A program made the translations under genes and the position numbers. From Lytechinus pictus (Eukaryota): DNA of 64,000 bases. Shown piece after piece: positions 1 to 13,300 of this stretch. The stretch lies in NCBI RefSeq assembly GCF_037042905.1, contig NC_087251.1, positions 45,944,001-46,008,000 on the forward strand, given 5' to 3'. Numbering within the stretch: position 1 is the first letter of the stretch; every line of letters begins with the position of its first letter. The notes beneath the pieces are model-generated. The model saw only the letters and a list, made by a program, of their open reading frames with translations. It made no database searches and was not told the origin of the DNA.

Positions 1-340
1 CAAGAGATGCTAGTGATTGGCATCAAAGGCAGCACTTTACTTGGAGAAGAGTATCCGCATCTTTGTGTCAAGAGATGCCACTGGTTGGCATCAAAGGCAA
101 CACTGAAATTGGAGAAGAGTGTCTGTGTCAGAGGGTCAACAGATGCCAGTGGTTGGAATCAAAGGCAACACTGGACTTGAAGAAGAGTATCCGTATCTTA
201 GTGTCAAGAGATACCACTGGTTAGTGTCAAAGGCAACACTGAACGTGGAGGACAGTGGCTGCATCTTAGTGTCAAGAGAATGCCAGTGGTTGGTATCGAA
301 TTCAACTCAACTAGGAGTTGAATGTTCTCATCTCTTTTTG
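1..340. repeat. Degenerate 68-bp minisatellite, at least 5 units, truncated by the window start
   Basis: CAAGAGATGC-like unit starts at 1, 69, 137, 205, 273. Confidence 0.85.
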
Positions 341-464
341 AGAATATGCAAGTTTAACCCCTAAGCATGATTCATATTATGAGCTGTGAGAAGAATGTCC
401 ATATCCTAGTGTCTGATAAGGTACCTTACTGAGAGAGAAGATATCTGATTATCTTGGGTGTCTT

Positions 465-627
465 CTGGGGAGCGTTTCATGAAAGGACTTGTCGGACATT
501 TTATCCGACAAGTACTGTTTTATCCGACAGCTACTATGGTAACAGTGACTCTCATCCAATCATTATCAAGGAAAGTTGTCAGATCTGACAACTTGTCGGA
601 CGAAAATGTTGATGAAACGCCCCCCAG
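465..627. mobile_element. MITE (Harbinger-like); related degenerate copy at about 13093-13261
   Basis: TIRs CTGGGGAGCGTTTCAT...ATGAAACGCCCCCCAG; shared internal GTTGTCAGATCTGACAAC palindrome. Confidence 0.7.
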
Positions 628-2584
628 ATCCTGGTTTTGTTTGGGGGTGGTCAGGTGCCACGTAATTGCTGTAATATATCAGGTAAATAATGTTTTTTTC
701 AGATTCAGGTATTTTCTCATTGTCTCACCTGCATAGCAGAAGTGAGAGCAGTGCCGGTTTTCATGATGAGGGCAGCATCATTAATTTACTTCAAATTCAG
801 TTAATATTTTCTCCTGATGGTGCACACTGGACACTCCCATTAAGGTTTGTGCACAGTGCGGCACATATCGAAAAAAAATCTTCTTTGCACTGCATGTCCA
901 ATAACACTTGTAGTTCTGCGTGTTTCTTATATCAAGTTGGCTTCCCACAAGAAAGGACTTAGTGGTTATTTTTATGATTGTATTTTTTTATTATTCCCTT
1001 TTTTGATTTGATGATATTTTGAGTGATACTTGAAATTTAGAATCAACCTTTACATCATTGGATAGCCTACAATGTGCTCTTTCAATATTTGAAATAAAAA
1101 AAAATCGTGAAAATTACCCCAAGTCCCTTTCTTGCGGGAGCCAGCAATAATGTTTCCTCCTTATTTAAAAAAAATATCAAATCCAATTATTTTTTTGTAT
1201 TCCTTGAATCTTGTATGAAGATAATTGTGTCAAGTTCATGCTGCCACTTTGAGAATTCATAATTTTGTATGAATATGTTATCAAATTTCAGGATTTAAAT
1301 TCAATTATTTCCATTGCCAGGATGCTTTTCTAAATGACCCACTTTTCTATTACTGCATAAATTTGTAAAATTGAAAGGAATATAAAAAAGTTTCAAGCCC
1401 AATGAAAGAGGCTTTTGGTCCAATCAGCAGGACCATGGCAATAGTTATCTTAGATTAATTCAATAATTTATATTCAAAGAGTAAATTAAAGTGAGAGCGG
1501 AGAGAGTGTATGATATTTTAATATCACAAAATCAACACTGCTGCTATACTTGAATTGTGTAATGCAAGTGAGACTGCCCGGGATGAATCACTTGCTTTTC
1601 AGGAAATGCTCATGAAATTTAGCACACACATTTTTTGGCAATGAAAGAATAAAATTTCATGGTTATATTTTGTTGTTGCCGAGAATATTTTGTTGATCTT
1701 AGTGATTGCACACTGAATAAAGACTAGTCTTCCTCATGTTTCAAATAAGTTTATCATAATAGAAAATAATAATTGACGATATTTATGGAGCTTATTTATT
1801 GTTAAATATTTCATTTTAAAGATCTCGATTGTTGCAAATGAAAATGTGCTGGTAATCTATTATACATTTGATATTTTCCTTTTGAACATTGTAAGAATAA
1901 TGTAATATGGTTTGCCAAAGATTAAACCATGTAATCAAACATGGTTGCTATGTACACTAATTATCCTAGGAAGAAAAGTGAACGACACATGCTGCATGAT
2001 ATGAGTACAGTTTAATGTGTTTTATATTTATAACATTTTCAATATATTGAAATGCATGAAAAATACAATTTTGTGAGCTTGAAGATAAGCAAAGTAACTA
2101 AATGGACATCACGTTACCCATGGTAAAAAATAGTTGGGGGTTCACACCTAGATGTTTTATTATTTTCTTTCGAAATGGGTATTTTACTTCAATTTTGGTA
2201 CTCTGATTTTAAAATATTTCTGTGACAGCGAACATTTCCAGATTGCCTTGACAGTGGTAGTTGAAGTTCCATCTTTTTCATCAGTTTTAAAACTGATTAA
2301 ATTATCAGTTACTCTGATTATATGCTTATTTTTAGTACTGTAATATAAATTCAGTATAATGAATTTTGATGGAAAGATATATGGCATTTCATAAAACATG
2401 CATTCTATTTTCTCACAATACTTATTGCAATATACCAAAGTAAATGGTGTCAAAAGGAGAAAACCAATTTTGTATATTTTTTTTTGTGAGAAAACAATGA
2501 AGTCAGTGACAATGAAATGATTAAATCACAATAAAGTACACCTTATTGGTATTTGAATGATACATCAATTGGGTTTTATGACTG

Positions 2585-2987
2585 CTGGGTCCCGTCTTAC
2601 AAAGAGTTGTGATTCATCCGATCAACCTTAATTCATCCGATCAACCTTAATTATATAGAAATCCATCAATATCATAATTGTTCCCACTAGAAATTTGCAC
2701 AATGTCCTTTTGTAAACGAAGAGGGGCATACTGAATCGCCAAGAAAACAACGGGCCCCAAGTTGCCCCAAGTTGCGATTGATTGCAACTTTTTCTGCGAT
2801 TGATTACAACTCTTTCTGCAATTGATTGCAACTCTTTCAGGGGCCCGTTGCAGAAATAGTTGCAATCAATCGCAACTCTAAAATCATGCGCAACTTGATT
2901 TTCAACCAATCAACAGCGCGCATTTGGGACTTGTGATTGATTTTTGGACTTGCGTTTAAACGCAACTCTTTCTGCAACGGACCCCAG
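2585..2987. mobile_element. Cluster of adjacent or nested MITEs
   Basis: GGGCCCGTTGCAGAAA...TTTCTGCAACGGACCC inverted ends and repeated GATTGATTGCAACT motifs. Confidence 0.6.
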
Positions 2988-4204
2988 GGTCACCATTGTT
3001 GTATAGATATGTTTTTTTTTTATAGCACATGTTTCCCTTCCATTGCCCATTGAACAGACCAACTCTGAATCTGTCCAAATGCATCGGATATCATTTCTTT
3101 ACTATCAAAATTAATTCAGGGAATCATTATTTCTATGTTTTTGATTGAAATTTCTTGGGGTTTATTGTAAAAAGTTATATAAAGATTGAAATTCCTAAAA
3201 CATTAATGAACAAATGTGATTTAATGACTTTACGTATTTCATGTTTTTAATGTTTGTTGCTTGTAATGTGCTTAGTGTGCAAGTGAACCAACTACAGTTT
3301 TGAGAACAATAATGTTAAGTGATGTATTGCCCTCAAAACTAATGTCGTTATTGTTAACTATCACCAACTTTTTTTTTTTTCATTAAGATATTAGAAATTT
3401 AATTTCCCTTTTTTTAATTGCACCCTGTTCAATAATAAATGAAGTATTGCAATATGTTAATTTAAGTCTGTTATGCTGCATACAGTTTTTGTTTGTCCTG
3501 TGAAGTATTTAGCATTTTCTGTAACTATTTTTGGTTTCCTGATTTCATAACAAGTTTGGAAAATTATTTTCACTTTTATGAGCGAGAGAATGGAGGAGAG
3601 GGGAATGAGAAAGAGAAAGGAAAAAGAAAGAATTAAATTTAAGAAAAAGAAAGAATTAAATTTAAGAAAATGGAGGAGATGAAGGAGAAGAACAATGAGA
3701 GAAGATGAAGTGGTGAATGAATATGAGGAAGAAGAATAAGATGAGAAAAAAACTATGTATAGCTAGTGGAAGAGAAGAGTTTAGTTTTTAAACAAGCAGG
3801 ATAAGGAGAAGATAAAAGGAAAGGATGAAAGAGGACAGAAAAGTGTAGGGGTGTAAGTTAGAAACGTGGATGGCAATATTCAAAGGGGGGGCAGTTCCAG
3901 AGGCTATATATTATGTTTACCAAAAAGGAAAAAAAGAACCTTCAAATCAAAGTTGTTATCCATTGTTTACTCCATCATGCAGTCACTTCACTCCATAAAT
4001 TTTCTAAAATGTATGAGCAAAAGAAAAACTTTGCTTGTCTATACTTAAACTGTTAATCAACATTACACCTGAACTCATAAAAGATTCTCATCTCTTCACA
4101 ACCATAAAATTGCTTCACAACCTTTTCATTTCTGATTGTCCGTCGAAGATACCGTACTCCAATTTAGAAAAATACGGAAAAATACATGGAGAGATTTCAC
4201 GTGG

Positions 4205-4340
4205 ATGAAGATGGCAGGTACCGGTGATTCATCGAAAATAAATGCGATTCCTGACATAATAGTAGACAAGCCAGAGATCAGTGATGTCGACAGAGAAAAA
4301 GCAGAGGCTCTCAAAGATAAAGCTAATACATTTTTCAAAG
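4205..4340 (+). CDS. PPP5C: PPP5C coding exon 1
   Basis: [10 protein letters not shown]...[13 protein letters not shown]; donor G|GTAAAT, phase 1. Confidence 0.9.
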
Positions 4341-7300
4341 GTAAATCATGCAATTTCTTGAACTTTAAAAGTGCAATTGAGAGGAATGAACGTTGCTGTG
4401 AAGGGAAGTGCCATTAAACTGTTGATATATCATGTATATAGGAACCGGTACCGTACGGCTCCTATACCAACGCGTGCGATTTCTTACGCACGTAAGCGAG
4501 TACGAGATATCACGTTTCCATGTAGGCATCAGAAATCCGTCTGTTTGGAGGAATTTTAAATATGTTTTTTTTCACATTTAAAATATCTCCTACTAGAAGA
4601 ACACCCAACAAATAGAAACTGGAGCTTCTAGTCTAGTTTGCTTGATAATAATGTCTTTTATGATACAAATTTCTCAGCTGGCTGTTTCGAGGAGAATTTG
4701 ACATTTTTTAATTTTTGATTTCCCCTCAAACTCGGCTTGCAATCGTGCAGCCTCCATTAGGGGGTTAACAATACAAAACCGCCCTAATGGGCTCTTCAAT
4801 TTTTTTTTTCTTTATTAAAAAAAATTAAGCCAAGAGAATGAAAGTTTTAGATTTGCATCCACCGCCCGCATGAAAATTTCATTATTTCAAAAAAATTTAA
4901 TTATTTCAAAAAAAATTCATTACTTACTCTCCATCACTTACTCTCCATCACGAAATTACAAGCAGATCACTTCATGACTACGTTGTCGCCAAAATAATTC
5001 CTTCGGACTGCGTGCGAAAGTATCGATAGTGATAACGATATCCGGTCACATTGTCTACGCAGGAAATGGTCTTGGTTCGTGATCGGATCGCTCCAGTATC
5101 GATCAAAAATTATCGAGACTCGGCAATTTCATGCATATTCACGCGACGCTCCGAAACCCGGAAATCAATTGACTTTGTACACGTTGCGATAGACTCTACA
5201 AACTCCAACGAACACGATGCCATATCGACGCTAATTCGTAAGATTTTGACCGAAAAGCAAGAAGTAATCAAAATTCACTTACCTGTGCGGTATTGGTGAG
5301 AAAATAGATCCTCCAAGAATACCTTTCATAATTCATATATAATATAGGAAAGTGAAATTCTAGGTTGATTTTGGTACAAGGTGATAGAGAATTGCACACT
5401 TGTTTTGGTGGAATACTGTGTGGGGCTATGGAAGGCTTGCAATGCGCATGCTTACTATATTTTCATTCATAAATTGGCTCTCGGCAGTGGCTGGATGACG
5501 TCATGTAATAAGCAAAATGTACACGCCTGCTAGCGTTGAACGCACCGCTATCCGTTCTATACAATTTGCCACTGTACAGTAATGTTTACATACACTATAT
5601 GCAAGTAGATAGCAAGAATATCGTCAAAAGTAGGTACTAGAAGTAAATAATGAATAATGAAAAAAAGCCTCATGTCATTTGAAAAATTTTCGGACGCAAA
5701 TCTAATACCTTACTACTCATGGCCTTAAAATAAAAACTCGGGCCTGGGCTAAGCTTTACCCCGGGAAATTGGTGGGGCTCAGGCTAAGCCTCAGCTTCCT
5801 TATGAAAGCAAGAGTAGATGTTGAAAAGGGATGATTTTCAAGAAGAATCTGTTTATCACATTTCCATTTTCTGCCAAGGTAACCCTTTTGCAGGAAATGT
5901 AAATAAAGGAAATAGGCCTCCAAAACTGGAGACTGTCTCTGCTCTGAAATTGGATACCCAAATTCTTGACAAAAGTCTCTGATATTGGAGATAATCTCCA
6001 ACATGGGAGACAGTCTCCCATATTGGCTGTGTGCCTCTGACTAAAACGCGAATATGTAATTTGCACCAACTTTGAAGGTGTTGTTCGAGTGCTCAAGTCG
6101 AACAATTATGAGATGCACTAAAATAGCCTAAATGACACTAAATACACATTGATATACGAATACAATAAATGAGTAGACTCACCGTAAGTGATATCCCACG
6201 ATGAATCCAATGACAACAATAAATACAGCACAAATCAGCAATAATCTGGCATAAAAGTGACAACAGCAATAGTATAGTTCAACGTTTAGGTTTGGTTCCG
6301 TACATCTGAAGGGGTCTCCAAAAATGGTGTCGCCGTCTCCAACCTCGGTCACGTGATGCCAAATCCTGGCTCTCGATTGGTCATCTCCAGCAGAGTTGCA
6401 CCCGGCACTCGATCTGGGTCCACCATGAGGCAACCAGCAGCAGATGACAACAGTTCAGTAGTTGGAAACGCCAAAGTTGGCCTGGCTGTTTCCACTACAA
6501 AGGAAGCCCATTCGGGCTGGAATCCCCCAATATTACACAGTGATGTGCGACTCGAGTCTGTTTATGCCGGATTCAGTCTCGGACTCAAACTCGAGGCATG
6601 TGACTCGGCAACGAGACCGGGTTATTTCCCCAAAATTTCACATAATAATTTCAAACATCACTCATACAACAAGGCGCGACAAACCCTCTTGCCTGCTTCA
6701 GTCAGAAGATCCATCACTCTCTGAAGACCAATCTGCTGTTCGTTTGGTAGAGACTCTACTTCCAGAGGGCTGGACAAATGGCCGTCTTGATGCAATACCT
6801 GTAAGAAACCAACGTTGCACAGCAGCCTGTGGATCGAATTTTGATGGTGTTGGACTTTCTGATGATATCCTTAATACTTCTGTAATGATTGAAGTGCTGA
6901 GACTTAGTCTCCAGTCCTCCTGGCACCTCTTGATGGTTGAGAATTGCCTCTCCACCTGAGATGTCGATGTCGGCAGGACTAGCAGTATTCTTATGACTTG
7001 GCACAAGTTGCGGGATACATCTTCCTGGTAAACAAGAACATTCTTCCACAGATGGTGGAACTTCTCTTTCTGCGAGGGCTGGAAAATTTGCTGTTTGAGA
7101 TTCATCCACTCAACCTCAACAAGGTCTACGTCACAGCCCTTTGCCATCAAGAAGGGTCTAAAGTGATCACACAATGTGTTGATTTCATCTATGCTAAAGT
7201 CTGCCAATGACTGCTGATCAGTTGGGATGGTGGATTGGATCCAGTATTTTTGCTGCCTTGATAACTGGGTCCATCACCGAAGTCAGCCAGCCTAGTCTCC

Positions 7301-10300
7301 AGGCAAGAACTTGCAGCTTTAAGAACCTTCACTTTGTTGGTCTGAAAATCGGCAACATCTTTCTCAGTGACCTTGATTTGGAAATCCTGGAAAGTGAAAG
7401 TTGGAGTCTCTTCTGCCTCATTCCCGTTCAGTGCCTTAGTTGAGGGCCTGGTCTTTCCTCCGTCCGATTCAGCCCAGCTTGCGCTACAAGGACATTGCTG
7501 ACTACACTGGAAACTGGTAGATCATCCTTCTGAAAGCTAAGGGAAAGCTCTGCAATATGCTCCACCATATCCATGTAGCAGTTCATATGGAACACAAACT
7601 TAAAAGATTTCAGCATCTTCGTATAGCCCTTCACTTTTGCTGCATCAGCTGAAGAAATGTCTTTACGCTGACCAGATGCTTGTTCTTCAAATTGGCTGAC
7701 AATGCAATGGTAGTTGGTAGCCAAGCATTTCAGTACTTTTTCGGCGATGGTCCACCTATCTGGTTCTCTGTGAACGACTTGGCTTGACTATATGCTTGTT
7801 CGGTGCTGAAGCCACAGCTTTCACTTCTCGCCACTTGGCAGACCTGCTGTAGATGTAGTGCACTTGCATTATAAGTTCGTCAATCTAAAAGTTAAAAAAA
7901 AAAGAACAGCATGAGGTAGTAATAACATGATTCACATTAAACACTTCACTCCATTCGTAAAAAAACACAGACAATCTCTAATTCAATGACTTCAGAAACA
8001 TTGATTAAACTAGACACTAACCTCTTCTTCGTGAACCAATCCATGGTCTTGCACTGCTTTGCTTTGATTTTTCCCCATTACCCGAGTCTGTGCTCGTGGT
8101 GCTGCTACCGCAACCAATGCCCATTGGCTGGTGCACATTTCCTGAGTGACCGATGAAGTTAGTGTTAGTGTGCAAATTAATTCATGCAACGAGAAAATGA
8201 GGAACGTACCTGGGACAATTTCACCGTAAAGTTATAACACATCGGCACACGCATAGCAAACTGACTGCTGCGCATCTTTCCAAGGTTGGGGATGTTTTGG
8301 TTTTAGTGCAATCGACCCCCGAGATTTTGCTTCTATTATAGCATGCAGAATGTGGTCTGCGGTACGGTGCAAAACCCCAACTCATTGGGAGCTAGCTGGA
8401 GGGCTAGGCCAGGCTGTTGGTGTGAGCTGTTAACAGCAGCAACTCGCAGGTATTAGGGGAATGTGCACGAATCTCATATACATACATATACATGTACAAT
8501 ACATGTAGGGAAAATTCAAACATTTTGGAGTCTGATTTCAAAAATTTTACACAGTTGCACCATATCTCTTCAAACATGAACTGCTGTGATTGTTATTGGA
8601 TATTTATAATCATGTTTTTCTCTTCCTATATTTCTTCTTTTTATTTTTATAATTCAATAACATCTATTTTCAGTTTGAACAGTAGATGTGTATTTTTTCA
8701 AATTTCCATGTATTTAAGTATTTTTCTTTTTATTATTGTTTTGAACCATTCAAGCTCAAGATTTTCAACAGGCAATCACCTATTACTCCGAGGCTATAGA
8801 GATCAACCCCACAGTAGCTGCTTTCTACGGGAATAGAAGTTTTGCTTACTTGAAGACAGAATGCTTTGGATCAGCGTTAGAAGATGCAAGCAAGGCCTTG
8901 GAATTGGACAAGTCTTATATCAAGGTGAATTATCATTTGCTTGATCATAAAATGGTTGCATAATGTTAATAAAACCAATATTACATCATTTGAAAACATA
9001 GGAATATTGAATATAGAGTTTGTTGCGATTAAATATACTGCACTGAAAGATTGAAAACATATTAACCAATACTTTTATGTTATAAATGATACCAAAAAAA
9101 AGAGGATAAAAAAAAAGAACTTTCGCTTGCCACCTGGAACATAAGATAATTTCCAATATTCAGTGTGATGATGTTTGTCACTTCTCTTTTTGACTTGTGT
9201 AAATCATTTTGAATATGAACGATCAAGTATTTTGACGGTTTTTAACCTACTAACTTATTACAGAATAATCATGTTTTAAACAAAAAATGATTGATGACTG
9301 TTATGAATGTGATGGAAGAATAAAAATTTCATTTATTTCTAGAGAATGTAATTTTTACTGTATGAAAATAGAAATCAAATTATTTCTCTATGCAATATTT
9401 ATTGATTTATATTTTGTGTGTAAACATGTTTTTCTTTTCAGGGATACTACAGGAGAGCTACAGCTAACATGGCTCTTGGGAAAATCAAGATAGCGTTGAA
9501 AGACTATGAAATGGTAAGAAATTAATTTAATCTGTTAAAAAGCTGAAATTAATTTTATCTTTTAAAACCTGTGTAAAAAACTGTATGAAACAGTCATTGA
9601 TGTGTATTATTCACAAATTATCATCCAATATTTTTTTGTCAGCTTTTGATTCATTTTGAAAAGTTGAATTTTGGATATAGAGCACCCTCTCAGTATTTTT
9701 TAAATTTTTTTGAATAAGGCAAAAATTATGCAGATATTTTTTATTTTACTCTTGGCTTTTGATGAATGAAAATATATAAATCACAAGATTTATTCAGTGG
9801 AACACATTATTTCATGTTCCTCTCGCCATAATTGGTTCAGGACATACACATTTATATGATATTATGAAAGAATTAAAATAGTAACATGCATGTTTGAGAG
9901 GGGGATGTTTGCCTTGAAAGGGAATAAAACCTTTGAAACAAGTTGAATTCATATAAAAGAGAGAGAGGGAAATAAAGGCAAAGGAAAATAAAGGGAAAAA
10001 AAAGAAGAAAGTTAAGAATGTTTGAATATTAAGATCGCTATTACTATATAGATCCTCCCATTGGCAATGCCACCAAGATCTGTGATGTCACACGTGTACA
10101 ACTTCCCCATTATACAATGTATTTCATATACATTTTTTCTTACATCTAGTCTATACTCTGTAGTACGATCAGGTGTCCTTTTCTATGAGAGGACTTGTAT
10201 TACAGGTTTCACAACAATATATCATGGATGAATTGTTTGGCCTATTAGAATGAAAATAAAGAGATGTTCTATGGTTATTTATCATTGTCCAAATGGGAGA

Positions 10301-13300
10301 GTTGTTCATGTACATGTATGGCATCACTTATACATTTTGCTTGTAATGCCAATGGGAAGATCTCTATACTTCTAGCATTAGTGTTTTTAACATTCAAATG
10401 CTCATTACTGGTACTTTCTTAATGCTTGTCTAATTGTACTAATTCTTTTGTTTATCTTAATTCTTTGATTTATCTTATTTCACACTTTTTGTAAGCTAAC
10501 TTGTTCCAAAGGTTTCGTTTTCCTTTTTAAAAGTAACTCGGTAATATTGAATGGACAAGGAAATTTGATAAAGAACTAAAGCTTATCCTTTGGTAACAGT
10601 ATTTCCTCATATTTGATGCTTCTTAGAATCACAGTACATCCAATTTCCTTGTCCTTTTGTGTATCCTTGTTTTTTGATGAATGCTCAAAATATGCTTTTG
10701 TCTACATTTAAAGGCCACCGCACACCTTACGACTGTTCGCGATCCAATTTCGGAACAAATCGCATTTTGCTCATTTTCTGAAAATGTAAATGGAACACAT
10801 CATATTATTTGAGGTTAAATTATTTGAAAGAATACTAATATAACCATTTTGAAAGACTGCAAGCCTTTATTTTGGAGTAAAGGCCAAATTAGTTTCACAT
10901 CGTAGCCAATCGTACGACTGCTATGACGTCATTACGACTAGATATTAAATTCACTTTTATTCTAAGAAGGATGAGAGCATAGTCACAGATTTGAACATAG
11001 GAATTTGTACAATGATTTAGAACATTACACAGTAAGATATTCCAAGCCTCAATATTAGCATCAAATTCTACTACATTTCATTCTGAAATCGGGTCGCAGA
11101 CCAATCGTAAGATGTGCGGTCGCCTTAATATGTAAAAATGAAGCTGAGAATACAAGTTCAAGGCCTTATAAATTATAAAGAGTTGTAATTGTTCCAATCA
11201 TTTTCAACTATAAATACTTACTTACTGCTCATTATGCCTTCTGGCATAATTTGCAACAACAAAAGCTCTCCACTCCCGTCTGTCTTGGGCCAGTCTCTGC
11301 TGTGATCCCCAGGTCTGTTTAGAGGTTAGACATTTCGCCCTCCACGGTCTGTCGCCAGGTGTTCTGGGGCAAACCTTGTTTTCCCCTTCCTTCTTGGATC
11401 CACTGCAGTGCTGTCCTTGTTTATGTTATCCGCTTCTTTTCTTAATACATGTACATGTTCGATCCAACTCCACCTCCTCTTCATAAGTGTGTCTTCCAAA
11501 CTTTTTTGTCGGCATCTTTCATATAGTCCTTCATTTGTTATTGTGTTAGGCCAGAAAATGGAAAGGCATAATATGTCAAAGTACTTCAGTGTAAGATACA
11601 GGTGCATTGCCATTTCTGAACAAAATAAAGCATAATGATTGGTTGAACAATAGTGCATGCATGAGTTTACATGCATTTTTAGATTTGATAGTCTGACATT
11701 GCAATGGATTGTGATGTGGGTATTCCATATTTAAGATTACTCGATTAATTGTCACTCTAAAGTAAAAATGCAAGCATGAGCTTTCACCCATCTTTGGATT
11801 TAATAGTCCTGCATTGTAGATGATAATAGTGTTTTTTGGCATTGAATGATTCCAAGTCTTTGTAAAAAATACATGTAGAGTTTCCACCTATCTTTTTTAA
11901 AATTACAATTTTTTTGTAATGGCGTGGGCATAAATTAAGTCCATATTTAGATTAAACATTCCTGCATTGCAAGCAGTAGTGTTGCTGGGCTTCCATAGTT
12001 GATTAATTGAATGATTGCAAGTCTTTATAAGGAATATTGCATGCATGAGTTTTGACCTAATTGATCAACTAATTACAACTCTTTAGAAGAAATAGTGCAT
12101 AAAGAATACATTTTTTGTGAGCATTCCAGAATTAAGATCAACTGACCAACTCTTTGAAAGATGGGGCCAAGGGGCATGGAGATAATGGATGGATTTTGGG
12201 GGCACGAACCATTTTTACCAAAAATTTGTAAATATGTGGTGTCATTGTTAGGTGGTGAAGTACAGACCGAATGATAAGGACGCCAGAACCAAGTACACAG
12301 AATGCAGTAAACTGGTCAAACAACAGGCCTTCGAGAGGGCCATCAGAGGCACCCCTGAGGATAAGAAGTCTATCATAGATACCATTAATATAGAAAACAT
12401 GAGTGAGTAGGGCTACCATTTTTTTGCACATTCCATATACATAGAGACCATAGGGTTTTATGCATTTATTAAGAATTTTATTAGTATCATTATTAACATT
12501 ATTATTATTGTTGTTGTTGTTGTTGTTATTATTAAGTAGTCCCTTAATTTTGCTGTAACCCCAATGAAACTAAATCTGGTACAGTTATATAGATTGAACT
12601 TAGTAAAAATCGTGAAATCTAAGCCAAAAACAATCACTCTGAAGATCACCAACACAGACAAGTACATGTGGGACAGTGTGTTATTATTGGAAAAATATCT
12701 GACATTTGACTCAAACCCCATCCTTAATTTTGCTAATCTCTCAGCAATTACACAATTTCTACCAGAATCCTTTGCCATATATATTTTCATTTATGCAAAC
12801 AGACACTCGGTTACGTCTTATTGGATTCTGTATGAACTAATTTTTTATATTGTTACAACAACTGACATTTGTTTTTAAAATTTCCCAGTCATTGAAGGTG
12901 ATTATGAAGGACCCGCTCTGGAGAATGACAAAGTTACCAAAGATTTCATGGTGAAGCTTTTACAACATTTCAAAGATGAAAAAACACTCCATAGAAAGTA
13001 TGCTTATACGGTGAGTCCGCTGCTAATAACTATGAAATTTGAATGAAATTAGTTGATATTCTAGCATTGTTGATGCATTAATCCATTACTTACTGGGAGC
13101 ATTTCTTGAAAGGACTTATTAGATGTTTTATCTGATAGTAATAGTTGTAACATTCACGATTGTAAAAGTCGGACACTCTGCCTTCCAGCTAATCATGACC
13201 AAGGAAAGTTGTCAGATCTGACAACATGTCGGATGACAAATGTTGATGAAACTCTCCTCAGGATACTGTTCAGTTGTTGGTATACGAGCAATTCAATCCA

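Noticed and set aside
1..340. CRISPR-like repeat/spacer appearance
   Set aside because: The variable parts are homologous to each other, the repeats are degenerate, the context is eukaryotic and there are no cas genes.
3583..3850. Purine-rich tract upstream of PPP5C
   Set aside because: Low-complexity GA-rich sequence; no specific promoter element can be supported.
6179..6433. 84-aa minus-strand ORF with a hydrophobic C-terminus
   Set aside because: Non-ATG start and no recognisable family; noted only for its splice donor within the hAT relic finding.
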